A stretch of DNA of 64,000 nt from NCBI GenBank assembly GCA_965203445.1, contig OZ241883.1:896001-960000 (forward strand), read 5' to 3'. The DNA comes from Candidatus Oxydemutator sp. GTDB taxonomy: Bacteria; Pseudomonadota; Gammaproteobacteria; Poriferisulfidales; Oxydemutatoraceae. The position numbers and the translations under genes are program-made. Positions 27,077-36,741 of the stretch are shown here, in pieces. Every line of letters starts with the position of its first letter. Position 1 is the first letter of the stretch. Under the pieces are notes generated by a model. The model was not told where the DNA came from, searched no databases, and worked only from the letters and a program-made list of their open reading frames with translations.

Positions 27077-27746
27077 GTTCCGCAAACGACGTGACGATTT
27101 CGCCGACGACAAAGTGATCGAGCACGCGCACTTCCACCAGCGCCAGCGACCGCTTCAGCTGCTGCGTCATGCGGCGGTCGGCGTTACTCGGCTCGGATAT
27201 GCCCGAAGGGTGATTGTGCGCGAAGATCGTCGCCGCGGCGTTGTGGTACAGCGCGCGCTTGACGACCTCGCGCGGGTAAATGGTGGCGCCGTCTATGGTG
27301 CCGTGGAACAGCTCCTCGAACGCGATCAGCCGATGCTGGTTGTCGAGGAACAGACAGGCGAACACCTCGCGCCCGTAGTCGCGCATCTTCAATGCAAGGT
27401 AGTGGCGCGCCTTTTCCGGGTTGACGAACACGTCGTCGCGGCGCATGGACTCCTCCAACGTGCGCCGCACGATCTCGAGCGACGCCTGCAAGCGGGCATA
27501 GCGCGCCGCCCCCATGCCGACGGTGCGGCATAGCCTGGCGCGGTCGGCGCGCAGGACCGCGCGCAGACCGCCGGTGTCAGCCAGCAGCTTGCGCGCGACG
27601 TCGAGCGCGTTGTTGCCGCGCGTGCCCGAGCCGATGACGACCGCCAGCAGCTCGGCGTCGGACAACGTCCCGGCACCGTGCGCCAGCAGCTTTTCGCGCG
27701 GCCGCTCCTGCACCGGCCATTCCTTGATTACGTGTTGTGACATCAT
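27063..27746 (-). CDS. radC: RadC/JAB (UPF0758) protein
   Basis: RPREKLL, LSDAELLA, YPREV, AHNHPSG, VLDHFVVG. Confidence 0.93.
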   Translation of the reverse strand: MMSQHVIKEWPVQERPREKLLAHGAGTLSDAELLAVVIGSGTRGNNALDVARKLLADTGGLRAVLRADRARLCRTVGMGAARYARLQASLEIVRRTLEESMRRDDVFVNPEKARHYLALKMRDYGREVFACLFLDNQHRLIAFEELFHGTIDGATIYPREVVKRALYHNAAATIFAHNHPSGISEPSNADRRMTQQLKRSLALVEVRVLDHFVVGEIVTSFAELNLL

Positions 27747-28145
27747 TGCGGACTGACGCGCACAGTGTCCGCCCGGACCAGACACGGAAGACGAAAACGC
27801 TGGACAAGCGGTAGCAGATAGCCGACTTGTAACGGGCAAGGACGTTTTCGGCGTTAGAACGGCGAGGGACCTGTCCTGCGGCGTGCAGAGGCGCTGACCA
27901 TTCGTCGGATTTATTCCGCCACTATTTCTTGACCTTGGCTATTTTTTGCAGGGGAAACAGCAGTTTCAGACGAGAAAAAGCCCGCAAACACGCTTATACT
28001 TCCGCCATGAATCCAGGTGTGGCAATCTGCTTCTCCGTCATTCGTCGGCCAGACGCTACCTCTCGTCGGCCGCGTCGCCCCGCGCGCGCATCAAAGATAT
28101 ACAAAACCAGCCTCTGCTCACCGATAAACCATAGAGGAGCATTCC

Positions 28146-28832
28146 ATGACGGATGAATACAAAAAAGAGGTGCGCGAGGCCCTGCCGCGGGAAGTCGAAT
28201 GGGGCACGCCGGTTACGCGAGGCCAATTCAGGGAAGGCATGGCCGACGTGCGCGCCGAGTTTGCCGACGTGCGCGCCGAGTTTGCCGCCGTGCGTGGAGA
28301 ACTCAGCGAACTCCACGCCGATCTCAAGGAGGACATCGGCAAGCGATATACCGAACTCAAAGGGGAGATCAACAGACTCGATAAAAGCATCGTCGAGCGA
28401 CATACCGAACTCAAAGAGGAGATCAACAGACTTGATAAAAGCATCATCGAGCGATATGCCGAACTCAAAGAGGAGATCAACAGACTCGATAAAAGCATCG
28501 TCGACTTGCGCAGCGAACTGAAGGAAGCCATCAGTGGCTTGCGTAGCGAACTGAACGAAGCCATCAGTGGCCTGCGTAGCGAACTGAAGGAAGACATAAA
28601 CAGGCTTGACAAAGATATTGCCAATTTGCGCAGCGAGCTTAAGAGAGACATCGCCATGCTCGACAAGAGCACCGATGAGAAGATCAACAAACTCAACGAA
28701 AACATGATCAAGCTGCACGGCGAACTCAAGACGGAAATCGCCAAATCCCAAACCAGGTTGATTCTATCTTTTATCAGCGCCATGGCGGTCTTCAACGGGC
28801 TTCTATTCGGCCTGATGCGCTACATGCAATAG
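28146..28832 (+). CDS. Repeat-built coiled-coil protein with C-terminal membrane anchor (DUF1640/Bdr-like)
   Basis: GAGGAG SD; nested 21-, 54- and 33-bp in-frame repeats; C-terminal hydrophobic helix. Confidence 0.75.
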   Translation: MTDEYKKEVREALPREVEWGTPVTRGQFREGMADVRAEFADVRAEFAAVRGELSELHADLKEDIGKRYTELKGEINRLDKSIVERHTELKEEINRLDKSIIERYAELKEEINRLDKSIVDLRSELKEAISGLRSELNEAISGLRSELKEDINRLDKDIANLRSELKRDIAMLDKSTDEKINKLNENMIKLHGELKTEIAKSQTRLILSFISAMAVFNGLLFGLMRYMQ

Positions 28833-28853
28833 ACAAACCGCTGAAACCGGCCC

Positions 28854-29723
28854 GTGACGAAGCGACGCGACAATCGAAAAACCGCCCTGCAACGAATCGC
28901 GACTCTGTTTGTCGGGTTCGTATCCTCGGCCTCTGCCGCCGGCGAGAACGGCTTTCAGACGACGTGTCTGACCGAAAGCGCGCTGATACGCGCGTACAAG
29001 GCCGCGATCTACGATCCGCACGCCAAGACCGACTGGGCTCGTTACGCCGGCGACGGCCTGACAAGAGACAGTTTCCAAGCACGGGACGGCGGCGTTATCC
29101 GCGGACTGGTCTGGAAGGCGGCGCGACCCAAAGGGTATCTGCTCATCGCCCAGGGCACCTCGATGTTGGCCGCCGAGATCTATGAGCTGTTCCGGGAGTT
29201 CCGCGACCTCGGCCTTGACGTTTATCTGTACGATTATCGTGGCTACGGCGAATCCGGCGACGCCGAGACCACGTTGGCGGGGATTATTTCCGACTACGCG
29301 GTTCGCATCCGCACGCTCAATGCGATCCCCGAATACAAGGCGCGCTACCTGTTCGGCATCTCGCTCGGCGGCATCGTGTTTGCCAACGCGATCCGCGGGC
29401 TGCACCGCGAGATCAACGGCGTCGTGTTCGACTCGGTTCCCCACGCGACGCCGTGGTACACGTTCTGCCCGTCGAGTATAGACCCGGTGAAACTGCTGCC
29501 CGACTCGTGCCGGGATTGGCTCATCATCGGCGGCACCAGAGACACGGTAATCGGCGACCGGGCGGCCAAGCTGGCAAAGGCCGCCGCCCGCTGCGGCGCG
29601 CAATCAAAAATAGAGGAACACTTCGGCCACATCTTCATGGACGGCCGCAAAAACACCACGGAAAGAACGTCCGCCGCCAGACGCCACTTCGAGCGGCTGC
29701 TCCAGAACCACACGGGCGGGTAG
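28854..29723 (+). CDS. Secreted alpha/beta hydrolase
   Basis: YDYRGYGES, FGISLGG nucleophile elbow, GTRD, FGH. Confidence 0.8.
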   Translation: MTKRRDNRKTALQRIATLFVGFVSSASAAGENGFQTTCLTESALIRAYKAAIYDPHAKTDWARYAGDGLTRDSFQARDGGVIRGLVWKAARPKGYLLIAQGTSMLAAEIYELFREFRDLGLDVYLYDYRGYGESGDAETTLAGIISDYAVRIRTLNAIPEYKARYLFGISLGGIVFANAIRGLHREINGVVFDSVPHATPWYTFCPSSIDPVKLLPDSCRDWLIIGGTRDTVIGDRAAKLAKAAARCGAQSKIEEHFGHIFMDGRKNTTERTSAARRHFERLLQNHTGG

Positions 29724-29838
29724 CAGGTACCCGATTTTCGGAGACGGTGGATTGGAAGAACAGGAATTGCGCTGAATCTTGACATCCCCGCGAATATGAT
29801 TAACTATGTTTTCAAGTCCCGATTTTCCTGATTTGACC

Positions 29839-30318
29839 ATGGAAACCGCAGCGCAACATTTCGACACCCTTGCCGCCGCCGAGCGTTTGCAGGAAGCCGG
29901 CCTGACGTCAGAGGCCGCCAAGGCCATCAGTCTGGTTGTGGAAAGCAGCCGCGGCAACGGCTTCCTGGCCGCAGAATTGAAGGTTCTGCGCAGCGAGGTC
30001 AGGGAAGATATGGCGGCTTTGCGCAGCGAGGTCAGGGAAGATATGGCGGCTTTGCGCAGCGAGGTCAGGGAAGAGATCGGCAAAGTCAATGCCCGGGTTG
30101 ACAGCCTCGAGGCCAAGGTCGACAACCTCAGTGCCCGGGTTGACAACCTCGAGGCCAAGGTCGACAGCCTCAGTGCCCGGGTTGACAGCCTCAGTGCCAA
30201 GGTTGATAAAGTTGCCGGCGAATTGCATACGATCAAGTGGGTCCTCAACATTCAAACCACTGCGCTCGTTGCGCTCTTTGGAGCGTTCATCGCGATAGCA
30301 CTGCGCCTGTGGGCGTAG
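29839..30318 (+). CDS. DUF1640/CCDC90-like membrane-anchored coiled-coil protein
   Basis: FDTLAAAERLQEAG head, LRSEVREDMAA x3, heptad VD(S/N)L repeats, KW + TM tail. Confidence 0.8.
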   Translation: METAAQHFDTLAAAERLQEAGLTSEAAKAISLVVESSRGNGFLAAELKVLRSEVREDMAALRSEVREDMAALRSEVREEIGKVNARVDSLEAKVDNLSARVDNLEAKVDSLSARVDSLSAKVDKVAGELHTIKWVLNIQTTALVALFGAFIAIALRLWA

Positions 30319-30364
30319 ACCCCGAAGAGAACCGGCGGCGCACCAAGCGGACAACGCGCCCTCG

Positions 30365-31735
30365 TCATTTGCCGACGCAAAACCCCGCGAAAATATCCCC
30401 CAATAGTTCCTCGGTAGCATAGTCGCCGACGATGGCGGCGAGCGCCTCGCGCGCCTCGCGCAGGTTCTCGGCGGCCAGTTCGGGGTGCGTGACGGCACCT
30501 TTGGAGGGCAGGTGTTCGAGAGCGCGCAGCAGCGCCTTGCGGGCTTGCTCCAGCGCTTCGAGGTGGCGGCGGCGCGCGGCCAAGGCGTCTTCGCCGCCGT
30601 CGCTGACGCCGATTGTGCGCTTGATCAGGGTGTGCAGGTCGGCCAGACCTTCGCCGGTCTTTGCCGAGATCCAGGCGTCAACGCGACGCGCCCGCCGGTA
30701 CTCGATCAAATCGGCTTTGTTGAACACGGTCAGCACGTCGGTCTTGCCGGCAAGGCGACGCCGCACCTCTTCCTCGGCGGCGCCGACGCCCTCGGTCGCG
30801 TCCACCAGCAGCAGCACGACGTCGGCGTCGTCCATCGCCCGCCACGCGCGGCGCACGCCCTCCTCCTCCACCGGATCGCCGGGCGCGCCGAGGCCGGCGG
30901 TGTCGAGCACGCGCAGCGGGATGCCGTCCATCAGTATCTCGCTTTTTACGACGTCGCGCGTGGTGCCGGCGCGGTCGCTTACGATGGCCTCGTCGGTTTG
31001 CGACAGCCGGTTCAGCAGGCTCGACTTGCCGGCGTTCGGGCGCCCGACGATGACCAGCTCGACGCCTTCGCACAGGCGCGCGCCGTGCGCGGCTCTCGCC
31101 TTGATCGTGCCGATGGACTCGACCAGCCGTTGCAGCCGCTCGCGCAGCCGATAGTCGCCGACGACGTCCACGCCGTCCTCTTCCGGGAAGTCGAGCGTCG
31201 CCTCGGTTACCACCCGCAGTTCCTCGATTGCCGCCGACAGCCGTGCGATGCTTTGCGAGAACTCGCCCTGCAACACGCGCTGCGCGCTGCGCGCCGCCTG
31301 CAAACTCGCGCTGCCGACGAGATCGGCGATGGCCTCGAGCTGCGCCAAGTCGTATTTGCCGTTCATGAACGCGCGCCGGCTGAACTCGCCGGGGTGCGCA
31401 GCGCGCGCGCCCAGCTCGAACACCCTGCCCAACAGCGCGTCGAGCACGACGGGGCTGCCGTGGGCGTGGATTTCGAGCACGTCCTCACCGGTGAAACTCG
31501 CGGGCGCCTTGAACAGGATGGCAAGCCCCTCGTCCAGCACGCCGCCGGCGGCGTCCAGGAAGCGGCGGAAGGCGGCCTCTCGGGGACGCGGCGCGACGGC
31601 GCCGGTCAAGCCTTCGCAGACGACGGCGGCGCGCGGGCCGCTTACGCGAATGACGCCGATGCCGGAGCGCCCGGGCGGCGTGGCCACGGCGGCGATGGTG
31701 TCGCCCGGCGCGGCGCCCGCCTCAGCTTGCTTCAA
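30365..31735 (-). CDS. mnmE: tRNA modification GTPase MnmE
   Basis: SFTGEDV, GRPNAGKSSL, GTTRD, DTAG, FCVGK. Confidence 0.96.
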   Translation of the reverse strand: MKQAEAGAAPGDTIAAVATPPGRSGIGVIRVSGPRAAVVCEGLTGAVAPRPREAAFRRFLDAAGGVLDEGLAILFKAPASFTGEDVLEIHAHGSPVVLDALLGRVFELGARAAHPGEFSRRAFMNGKYDLAQLEAIADLVGSASLQAARSAQRVLQGEFSQSIARLSAAIEELRVVTEATLDFPEEDGVDVVGDYRLRERLQRLVESIGTIKARAAHGARLCEGVELVIVGRPNAGKSSLLNRLSQTDEAIVSDRAGTTRDVVKSEILMDGIPLRVLDTAGLGAPGDPVEEEGVRRAWRAMDDADVVLLLVDATEGVGAAEEEVRRRLAGKTDVLTVFNKADLIEYRRARRVDAWISAKTGEGLADLHTLIKRTIGVSDGGEDALAARRRHLEALEQARKALLRALEHLPSKGAVTHPELAAENLREAREALAAIVGDYATEELLGDIFAGFCVGK

Positions 31736-33408
31736 CTTGCTTCAACGCGCCTCGTGATCATCCACTGCTGGGCTATGGACAGAACGTTGTTGGCCAGCCA
31801 GTAAAGCACTAGCCCGGCCGGAAAGAACGCGAAGAACACCGTGAAGATGACCGGCAGCGCCATCATCACCTTGGCCTGCATCGGATCCGGCGGCGTCGGG
31901 TTCAGCTTGGTCTGGATGATCATCGTCGCCCCCATCAGCAACGGCAGCACGAAGTACGGGTCGCGCGTCGACAGGTCGTGTATCCACAGCATGAACGGTG
32001 CCTGGCGCAACTCGACGCTCTCGAGCAGCACCCAGTAAAGCGCGATGAACACCGGTATCTGCACGACGATAGGCAGGCAGCCGCCCAGCGGGTTGATCTT
32101 CTCCTTCTTGTAGAAGTCCATCATCTCCTTGTGCTGGCGCTCCTTGTCGTCCTTGAAACGTTCGCGCAGGGCGGTCAGGCTCGGCTGCAACTTGCGCATG
32201 CGCGCCATGGACTTGTAGCTGGTCTCGGACAGTTTGTAGAAGACCAGCTTGATCAGGATCGTCAGCACGACTATCGCCCACCCCCAGTTGCCGATCAGGT
32301 CGTTGATCTTGTCGAGCAGCCAGAACAGCGGCTTCGACAGGAACGTGAAGATGCCGTAGTCGGTCGCAAGCTCCAGCCCCTCGGCGGTTTCCTCCAGGTG
32401 GTTTTGCAGCTTCGGCCCGGCGTACAGACGCGCGGTGAAGCGCCCGCTGGCGCCCGGCTCGACGACCAGCGGCTCGGAGCGGATGCCGATGATGTATTCC
32501 GCCCGCTGCTGGCCGCGCGCAACCCGCGTGTAGAAGTCGTTGTCGCCGTCGCCGAGCAGGGCGCCTACGAAGTAATGCTGCAACGTCGCGACCCAGCCGT
32601 CGCGCACGCGCCGCACGAAGGGCTTCTCCTCCAGCTCGTCGAACGGCAGTTTGTTGTACTTGCCGTCGTACCACGCGGCCCCGGTGAAGGTATAGAGCAG
32701 GCGCATGCCCTCCTCGGGGATCGCGCCGTGGCGCAGCTGGCGGTACTGGCGTCCGACCCAGGCCCGGGCGCCACGGTTGTGCACGACGTGCTCGACGTCT
32801 ATCAGGTAGCTATCGCGATGAAACGTGTAGATCTTGTCGACCGCGACGCCGCCGTCATTTTGCCAGCGCAGCACGACGCGCAGCTCGTCCTCGTCGTCGC
32901 CCAGCGTATATTCGGTGGCCTCGGGGCGGTAATCGTCGTGGTGCGACGGCGCCCGCCCCCGGCCCTCGGCCGCGGACATGCCGTTTATGCGGTCGTGCAA
33001 CAGACCGGACTGGACGACGTGCAGGTCGCCGCCCTCGCTGAACAACGTGAACGGTTTGTCGGGGGTGTCGAGCGACACCGGTATCTTGCGCAACTTCAGA
33101 CTGCGCACGTCGCCGCCGCGGGCGTCTATCTCGAGGTCGAGCGCGTCGGTGCGCACGCGCACGCGCCGGCCGGCGGCGCGCCGGGGAACGGCGGCGGGCG
33201 CGTCACCGGCGCGCGGCGACGCCGCCACCGCCTCGGGCAGGTCGTCTTCGGCGGCCGCTGGCGGCGCGGGCGCGGACTGCTCCGCCGGGGCCGCGGCTTC
33301 GGGCGGGGCCGGAGACGGCGCCGGCGTCTGCCATTGCTGCCAGCGCTCCCACAACAGGAATGCCACCAGCGCGAGCGACAGGTAGAGTATCAGGCGAACG
33401 TTCTCCAT
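31732..33408 (-). CDS. yidC: Membrane protein insertase YidC
   Basis: DYG..., GNWGWAI, INPLGGCLP, DPYFVLP, GLVLYW. Confidence 0.96.
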   Translation of the reverse strand: MENVRLILYLSLALVAFLLWERWQQWQTPAPSPAPPEAAAPAEQSAPAPPAAAEDDLPEAVAASPRAGDAPAAVPRRAAGRRVRVRTDALDLEIDARGGDVRSLKLRKIPVSLDTPDKPFTLFSEGGDLHVVQSGLLHDRINGMSAAEGRGRAPSHHDDYRPEATEYTLGDDEDELRVVLRWQNDGGVAVDKIYTFHRDSYLIDVEHVVHNRGARAWVGRQYRQLRHGAIPEEGMRLLYTFTGAAWYDGKYNKLPFDELEEKPFVRRVRDGWVATLQHYFVGALLGDGDNDFYTRVARGQQRAEYIIGIRSEPLVVEPGASGRFTARLYAGPKLQNHLEETAEGLELATDYGIFTFLSKPLFWLLDKINDLIGNWGWAIVVLTILIKLVFYKLSETSYKSMARMRKLQPSLTALRERFKDDKERQHKEMMDFYKKEKINPLGGCLPIVVQIPVFIALYWVLLESVELRQAPFMLWIHDLSTRDPYFVLPLLMGATMIIQTKLNPTPPDPMQAKVMMALPVIFTVFFAFFPAGLVLYWLANNVLSIAQQWMITRRVEAS

Positions 33409-33424
33409 GGCGGGAGTCGGGGGT

Positions 33425-33820
33425 TCAGCCGTCGTTCGATCTTTTGCGCCGGGCAGCCGCTTCTTTTTCCCAGAAGAGGGCCAGGTCGGCCATCGCCCGG
33501 GCACGCTCCGCAGCGCTGCTTCCGGGCTTGCAGGCGACGACGTAATCGTGCGCCGGAAGATGCAGGCGGTGGCGGCGGAAGCTTTCGCGCACAAGGCGCT
33601 TGAGGCGGTTGCGCGCGACCGCGTTGCCTGCGGCCTTCACCGACACCGCAAGCCCCAGGCGCGGGCCGTCGCATGCGTTGGCGCGGCTGCGAATAGAGAA
33701 GATACCCGCATGGCTCCTGGTTGCGTTCGAGAAAACCGCTTTGAACTGCGACGGTTTGGAGAGGCGCCGGTTTTTGCCCAGGCTTTGTGCGTGCGTCCTC
33801 GTCGGGGTGGTCGCGGCCAA
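33425..33820 (-). CDS. rnpA: RNase P protein component
   Basis: PRLGLAVSVKAAGNAVARNRLKR; synteny. Confidence 0.9.
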   Translation of the reverse strand: MAATTPTRTHAQSLGKNRRLSKPSQFKAVFSNATRSHAGIFSIRSRANACDGPRLGLAVSVKAAGNAVARNRLKRLVRESFRRHRLHLPAHDYVVACKPGSSAAERARAMADLALFWEKEAAARRKRSNDG

Positions 33821-33825
33821 ACCGC

Positions 33826-33960
33826 TCAGGGGGCCAGACGGGTGCGGCCGCGACGGCGGCGGGCGTTGATGATCGCGCGCCCGGCGCGGGTCCTCATGCG
33901 CGCCCGAAATCCGTGTTTGCGCTTGCGCTTGATATTGCTCGGCTGGAAGGTTCGTTTCAT
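33826..33960 (-). CDS. rpmH: 50S ribosomal protein L34
   Basis: [22 protein letters not shown]. Confidence 0.97.
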   Translation of the reverse strand: MKRTFQPSNIKRKRKHGFRARMRTRAGRAIINARRRRGRTRLAP

Positions 33961-34045
33961 GGCGCCGCCATTGTATCCCAAATGGCCGGGAAAGGGAAAG
34001 GCAAATCGGCGCCGCGGCGCGCTTTCAAAAGAAGATTCATTTTTT

Positions 34046-34054
34046 GGTGGATAA
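34046..34054 (-). promoter_or_regulatory. DnaA box (one mismatch) in the dnaA promoter region
   Basis: GGTGGATAA is the reverse complement of TTATCCACC. Confidence 0.55.
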
Positions 34055-34130
34055 CTTTCCCGGTTCGGGGTATGCTTATCCCCTGAACCGTCCACCCTGG
34101 AAGGTTTAACAACACCACCTGATTTTTGTC

Positions 34131-35438
34131 ATGAGTTTATGGGAACAATGCGTCAGGGAATTGGAGTCTCTGCTTCCTGAAGAGGAAGTCAATACATGGA
34201 TACGGTCTTTGCGTGCGGTGGAGACCGACAGCAGTCTGCTGCTGGTCGCGCCGAACACTTCGACTTGCGAATGGGTACGCAGAAACTGCCTCGATCACAT
34301 CAGCCGGCTGCTGTCGCGGGAGCCGCGGCCACGCGCGGTGGAGCTGGAAACCAGGCAACAAGAAAGCACGCCGGAACAACAGCATAGGAACGGGACGGGG
34401 CGCCCCCGCTACGAGTCTTTCCTGGACCCCAGACAGACTTTCGAGACCTTTATCGAAGGAAAATCCAATCGCTTCGCGTGCGCCGCCGCGCAGCAGGTCG
34501 CCGAAAACCCCGGTGTCTCGTACAACCCGCTGCTGCTTTACAGCGGAGTCGGTCTCGGCAAGACGCACCTGGTGCATGCGATCGGCAACCACATCAAACG
34601 CACCCGGCGCGACGCGCGCGTGATGTACCTGACGTCGGAGCGCTTCGTCAACGACATGGTGCGCGCGCTGGGCAAAAAGCAGATGGAGCAGTTCACGCGC
34701 TTTTACCGCTCGCTCGACGTGTTTTTGCTGGACGACATCCAGTTTTTCGCCAACAAGAAACAGAGCCAGGAAGAATTGTTTCATACGTTCAACCGCCTGT
34801 TGCAGGGCAACAGTCAGATTGTGATCACCTGCGACTGTTATCCGACCGAAGTCGGCGGCCTCGAGGAGCGCCTGAAGTCCCGCTTCAGCTGGGGGCTGAC
34901 GCAGGCGATAGAACCGCCCGAGCTCGAGACGCGCGTCGCGATCCTGCAGAGCAAGGCCGAGCGCAGCCGGGTAGCGCTGCCGAACGAGGTGGCGCTGTAC
35001 ATCGCCGAAAACGTCCGCTCGAACATCCGCGAACTGGAAGGGGCGCTGCGGCGCGTCATCGCAAACGCGGAGTTCACCGGTAAGGAAATAACCATCGAGT
35101 TCGCCAGGGACGCACTGAGGGACCTGGTGGCGACGCACAACCGGACGCTGACGATAGAGAAAATCCAGAAAACCGTCGCTGAGTATTACAATATACGACA
35201 CAGCGAGATGCTGTCGCAAAGGCGCAGTCGCTCGATTGTGCGCCCGAGACAGATGGCGATGGCCCTGATCAAAGAGCTGACCAACCACAGCCTGCCGGAA
35301 ATCGGCGAATCGTTCGGTGGGCGCGACCACACGACGGTGCTGCACGCCTGCAGGAAGATCGAGGAATTGCAACAAAACGACGGCAACGTCGCACAGGCGC
35401 AGACCGATCTGATGCGGATACTGAACGTGAACGGCTGA
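34131..35438 (+). CDS. dnaA: Replication initiator DnaA
   Basis: YNPL, GVGLGKTHL, DDIQF, RELEGAL, GGRDHTTVLHA. Confidence 0.98.
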   Translation: MSLWEQCVRELESLLPEEEVNTWIRSLRAVETDSSLLLVAPNTSTCEWVRRNCLDHISRLLSREPRPRAVELETRQQESTPEQQHRNGTGRPRYESFLDPRQTFETFIEGKSNRFACAAAQQVAENPGVSYNPLLLYSGVGLGKTHLVHAIGNHIKRTRRDARVMYLTSERFVNDMVRALGKKQMEQFTRFYRSLDVFLLDDIQFFANKKQSQEELFHTFNRLLQGNSQIVITCDCYPTEVGGLEERLKSRFSWGLTQAIEPPELETRVAILQSKAERSRVALPNEVALYIAENVRSNIRELEGALRRVIANAEFTGKEITIEFARDALRDLVATHNRTLTIEKIQKTVAEYYNIRHSEMLSQRRSRSIVRPRQMAMALIKELTNHSLPEIGESFGGRDHTTVLHACRKIEELQQNDGNVAQAQTDLMRILNVNG

Positions 35439-35636
35439 GAGAAGCTGTAAAAAACCATGTAAAAAGGCGAGAGAACCAGGGAGAAAAACAAATAGAGAGA
35501 AAAGACAAACCAGGCAAAGCGAAGATATGAACAAGATATCCGGCGGGGCGAACGTGTCGCCGTGCGACCGGGAACGACAATCAACAGAAAACCAGAGAAT
35601 CTACAACAATGATAAAGAAACAAAGAGAAAACCGTT

Positions 35637-36740
35637 ATGGAAATCAAAATCAAGAATGAGCACCTGCTGAGGGTACTCGAGGTGGCCCGTAGCGTCGTCG
35701 AATCGAGAAACACACTACCAGCTTCGGCCATGGCTTTGTTCTCGCCGAGTGCCGAAGGCTGCTCCGTAACCGTCATGAATCCGGAAATGGAGATGCGTAT
35801 TCTCATGGACGATCTGGAAATCAGCGAACCCGCGCCATCGCTGGTTTCTGTTGCGAAGCTCTACGAAATATCGAGAAATGACAGCAGAGAGAGCCTAATT
35901 TCCGTGAAATTCTCCGATAATCACGTTCTGGTCCGTTCTGGCAACAGCCGGTTCAAGCTGCTCACGATGTCGGCGGATGACTTTCCGCTATCCCAGGATG
36001 AACGTCCTGAAGGGATGCTCTCCGTGCTCCAACAAGACCTGAAAAGTATCATTGATATGACCGAGTTTTCGATGGCCAATAACGATGCACGTTACTATCT
36101 CAACGGGGTGCTCATCGAGATAGAGGAAAACGGCGTGACCTCGGTCGCGACCGACGGCCACCGTCTGGCAAAGAGTTTTCTACAGGTAGAGAAGGCGGCG
36201 AGCGAAAAGAACCAGGCGATCATGCCGCGCAAAGCGGTGTCCGTGCTTCAACAGACTCTCGGGAGAAACGAGAATATAGTGGAATTTGGCGTCAGTTCGT
36301 CCAATTTATTTGCAGAGTTCGACAATATCTCGCTCTCAGCCAAAGCGATCAACGGCCAGTTTCCCGATTACCGTCGCGTCATTCCGACAAGCTTCGAGCA
36401 GGAAATCCGGCTGAACCGGGAGGAGACCTTGACGTCGCTCAGAAGAGCCGCGGCCATCACCGACGGCAAGCCTGGAGGGGCGACCCTCGACTTTTCCGAT
36501 GGGCTATTGAAATTGCTCGTAACCAATACCGAAGAGGAAGAAGCCAGGATTGAACAAAAAGTAGAATACTCGGGTGCTCCTTTCAAGATAGGCTTTAACG
36601 TGGCCTATCTATCCGATGTGTTTCAGCACCTGTACAGTGAGACGGCACTCCTGCAAATCCGCGACAACAGCAGCGGAGTGCGGATAGTCGGCGAAGATTC
36701 CGACTCCGAGGAATACGTGGTAATGCCGCTGCGCCTTTGA
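35637..36740 (+). CDS. dnaN: DNA polymerase III beta clamp
   Basis: RYYLNG, ATDGHRLA, FPDYRRV, IGFN, VVMPLRL. Confidence 0.96.
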   Translation: MEIKIKNEHLLRVLEVARSVVESRNTLPASAMALFSPSAEGCSVTVMNPEMEMRILMDDLEISEPAPSLVSVAKLYEISRNDSRESLISVKFSDNHVLVRSGNSRFKLLTMSADDFPLSQDERPEGMLSVLQQDLKSIIDMTEFSMANNDARYYLNGVLIEIEENGVTSVATDGHRLAKSFLQVEKAASEKNQAIMPRKAVSVLQQTLGRNENIVEFGVSSSNLFAEFDNISLSAKAINGQFPDYRRVIPTSFEQEIRLNREETLTSLRRAAAITDGKPGGATLDFSDGLLKLLVTNTEEEEARIEQKVEYSGAPFKIGFNVAYLSDVFQHLYSETALLQIRDNSSGVRIVGEDSDSEEYVVMPLRL

Positions 36741-36741
36741 C

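Noticed and set aside
35439-35636. Firm oriC call
   Set aside because: No canonical DnaA-box cluster or clear unwinding element; kept only as a finding.
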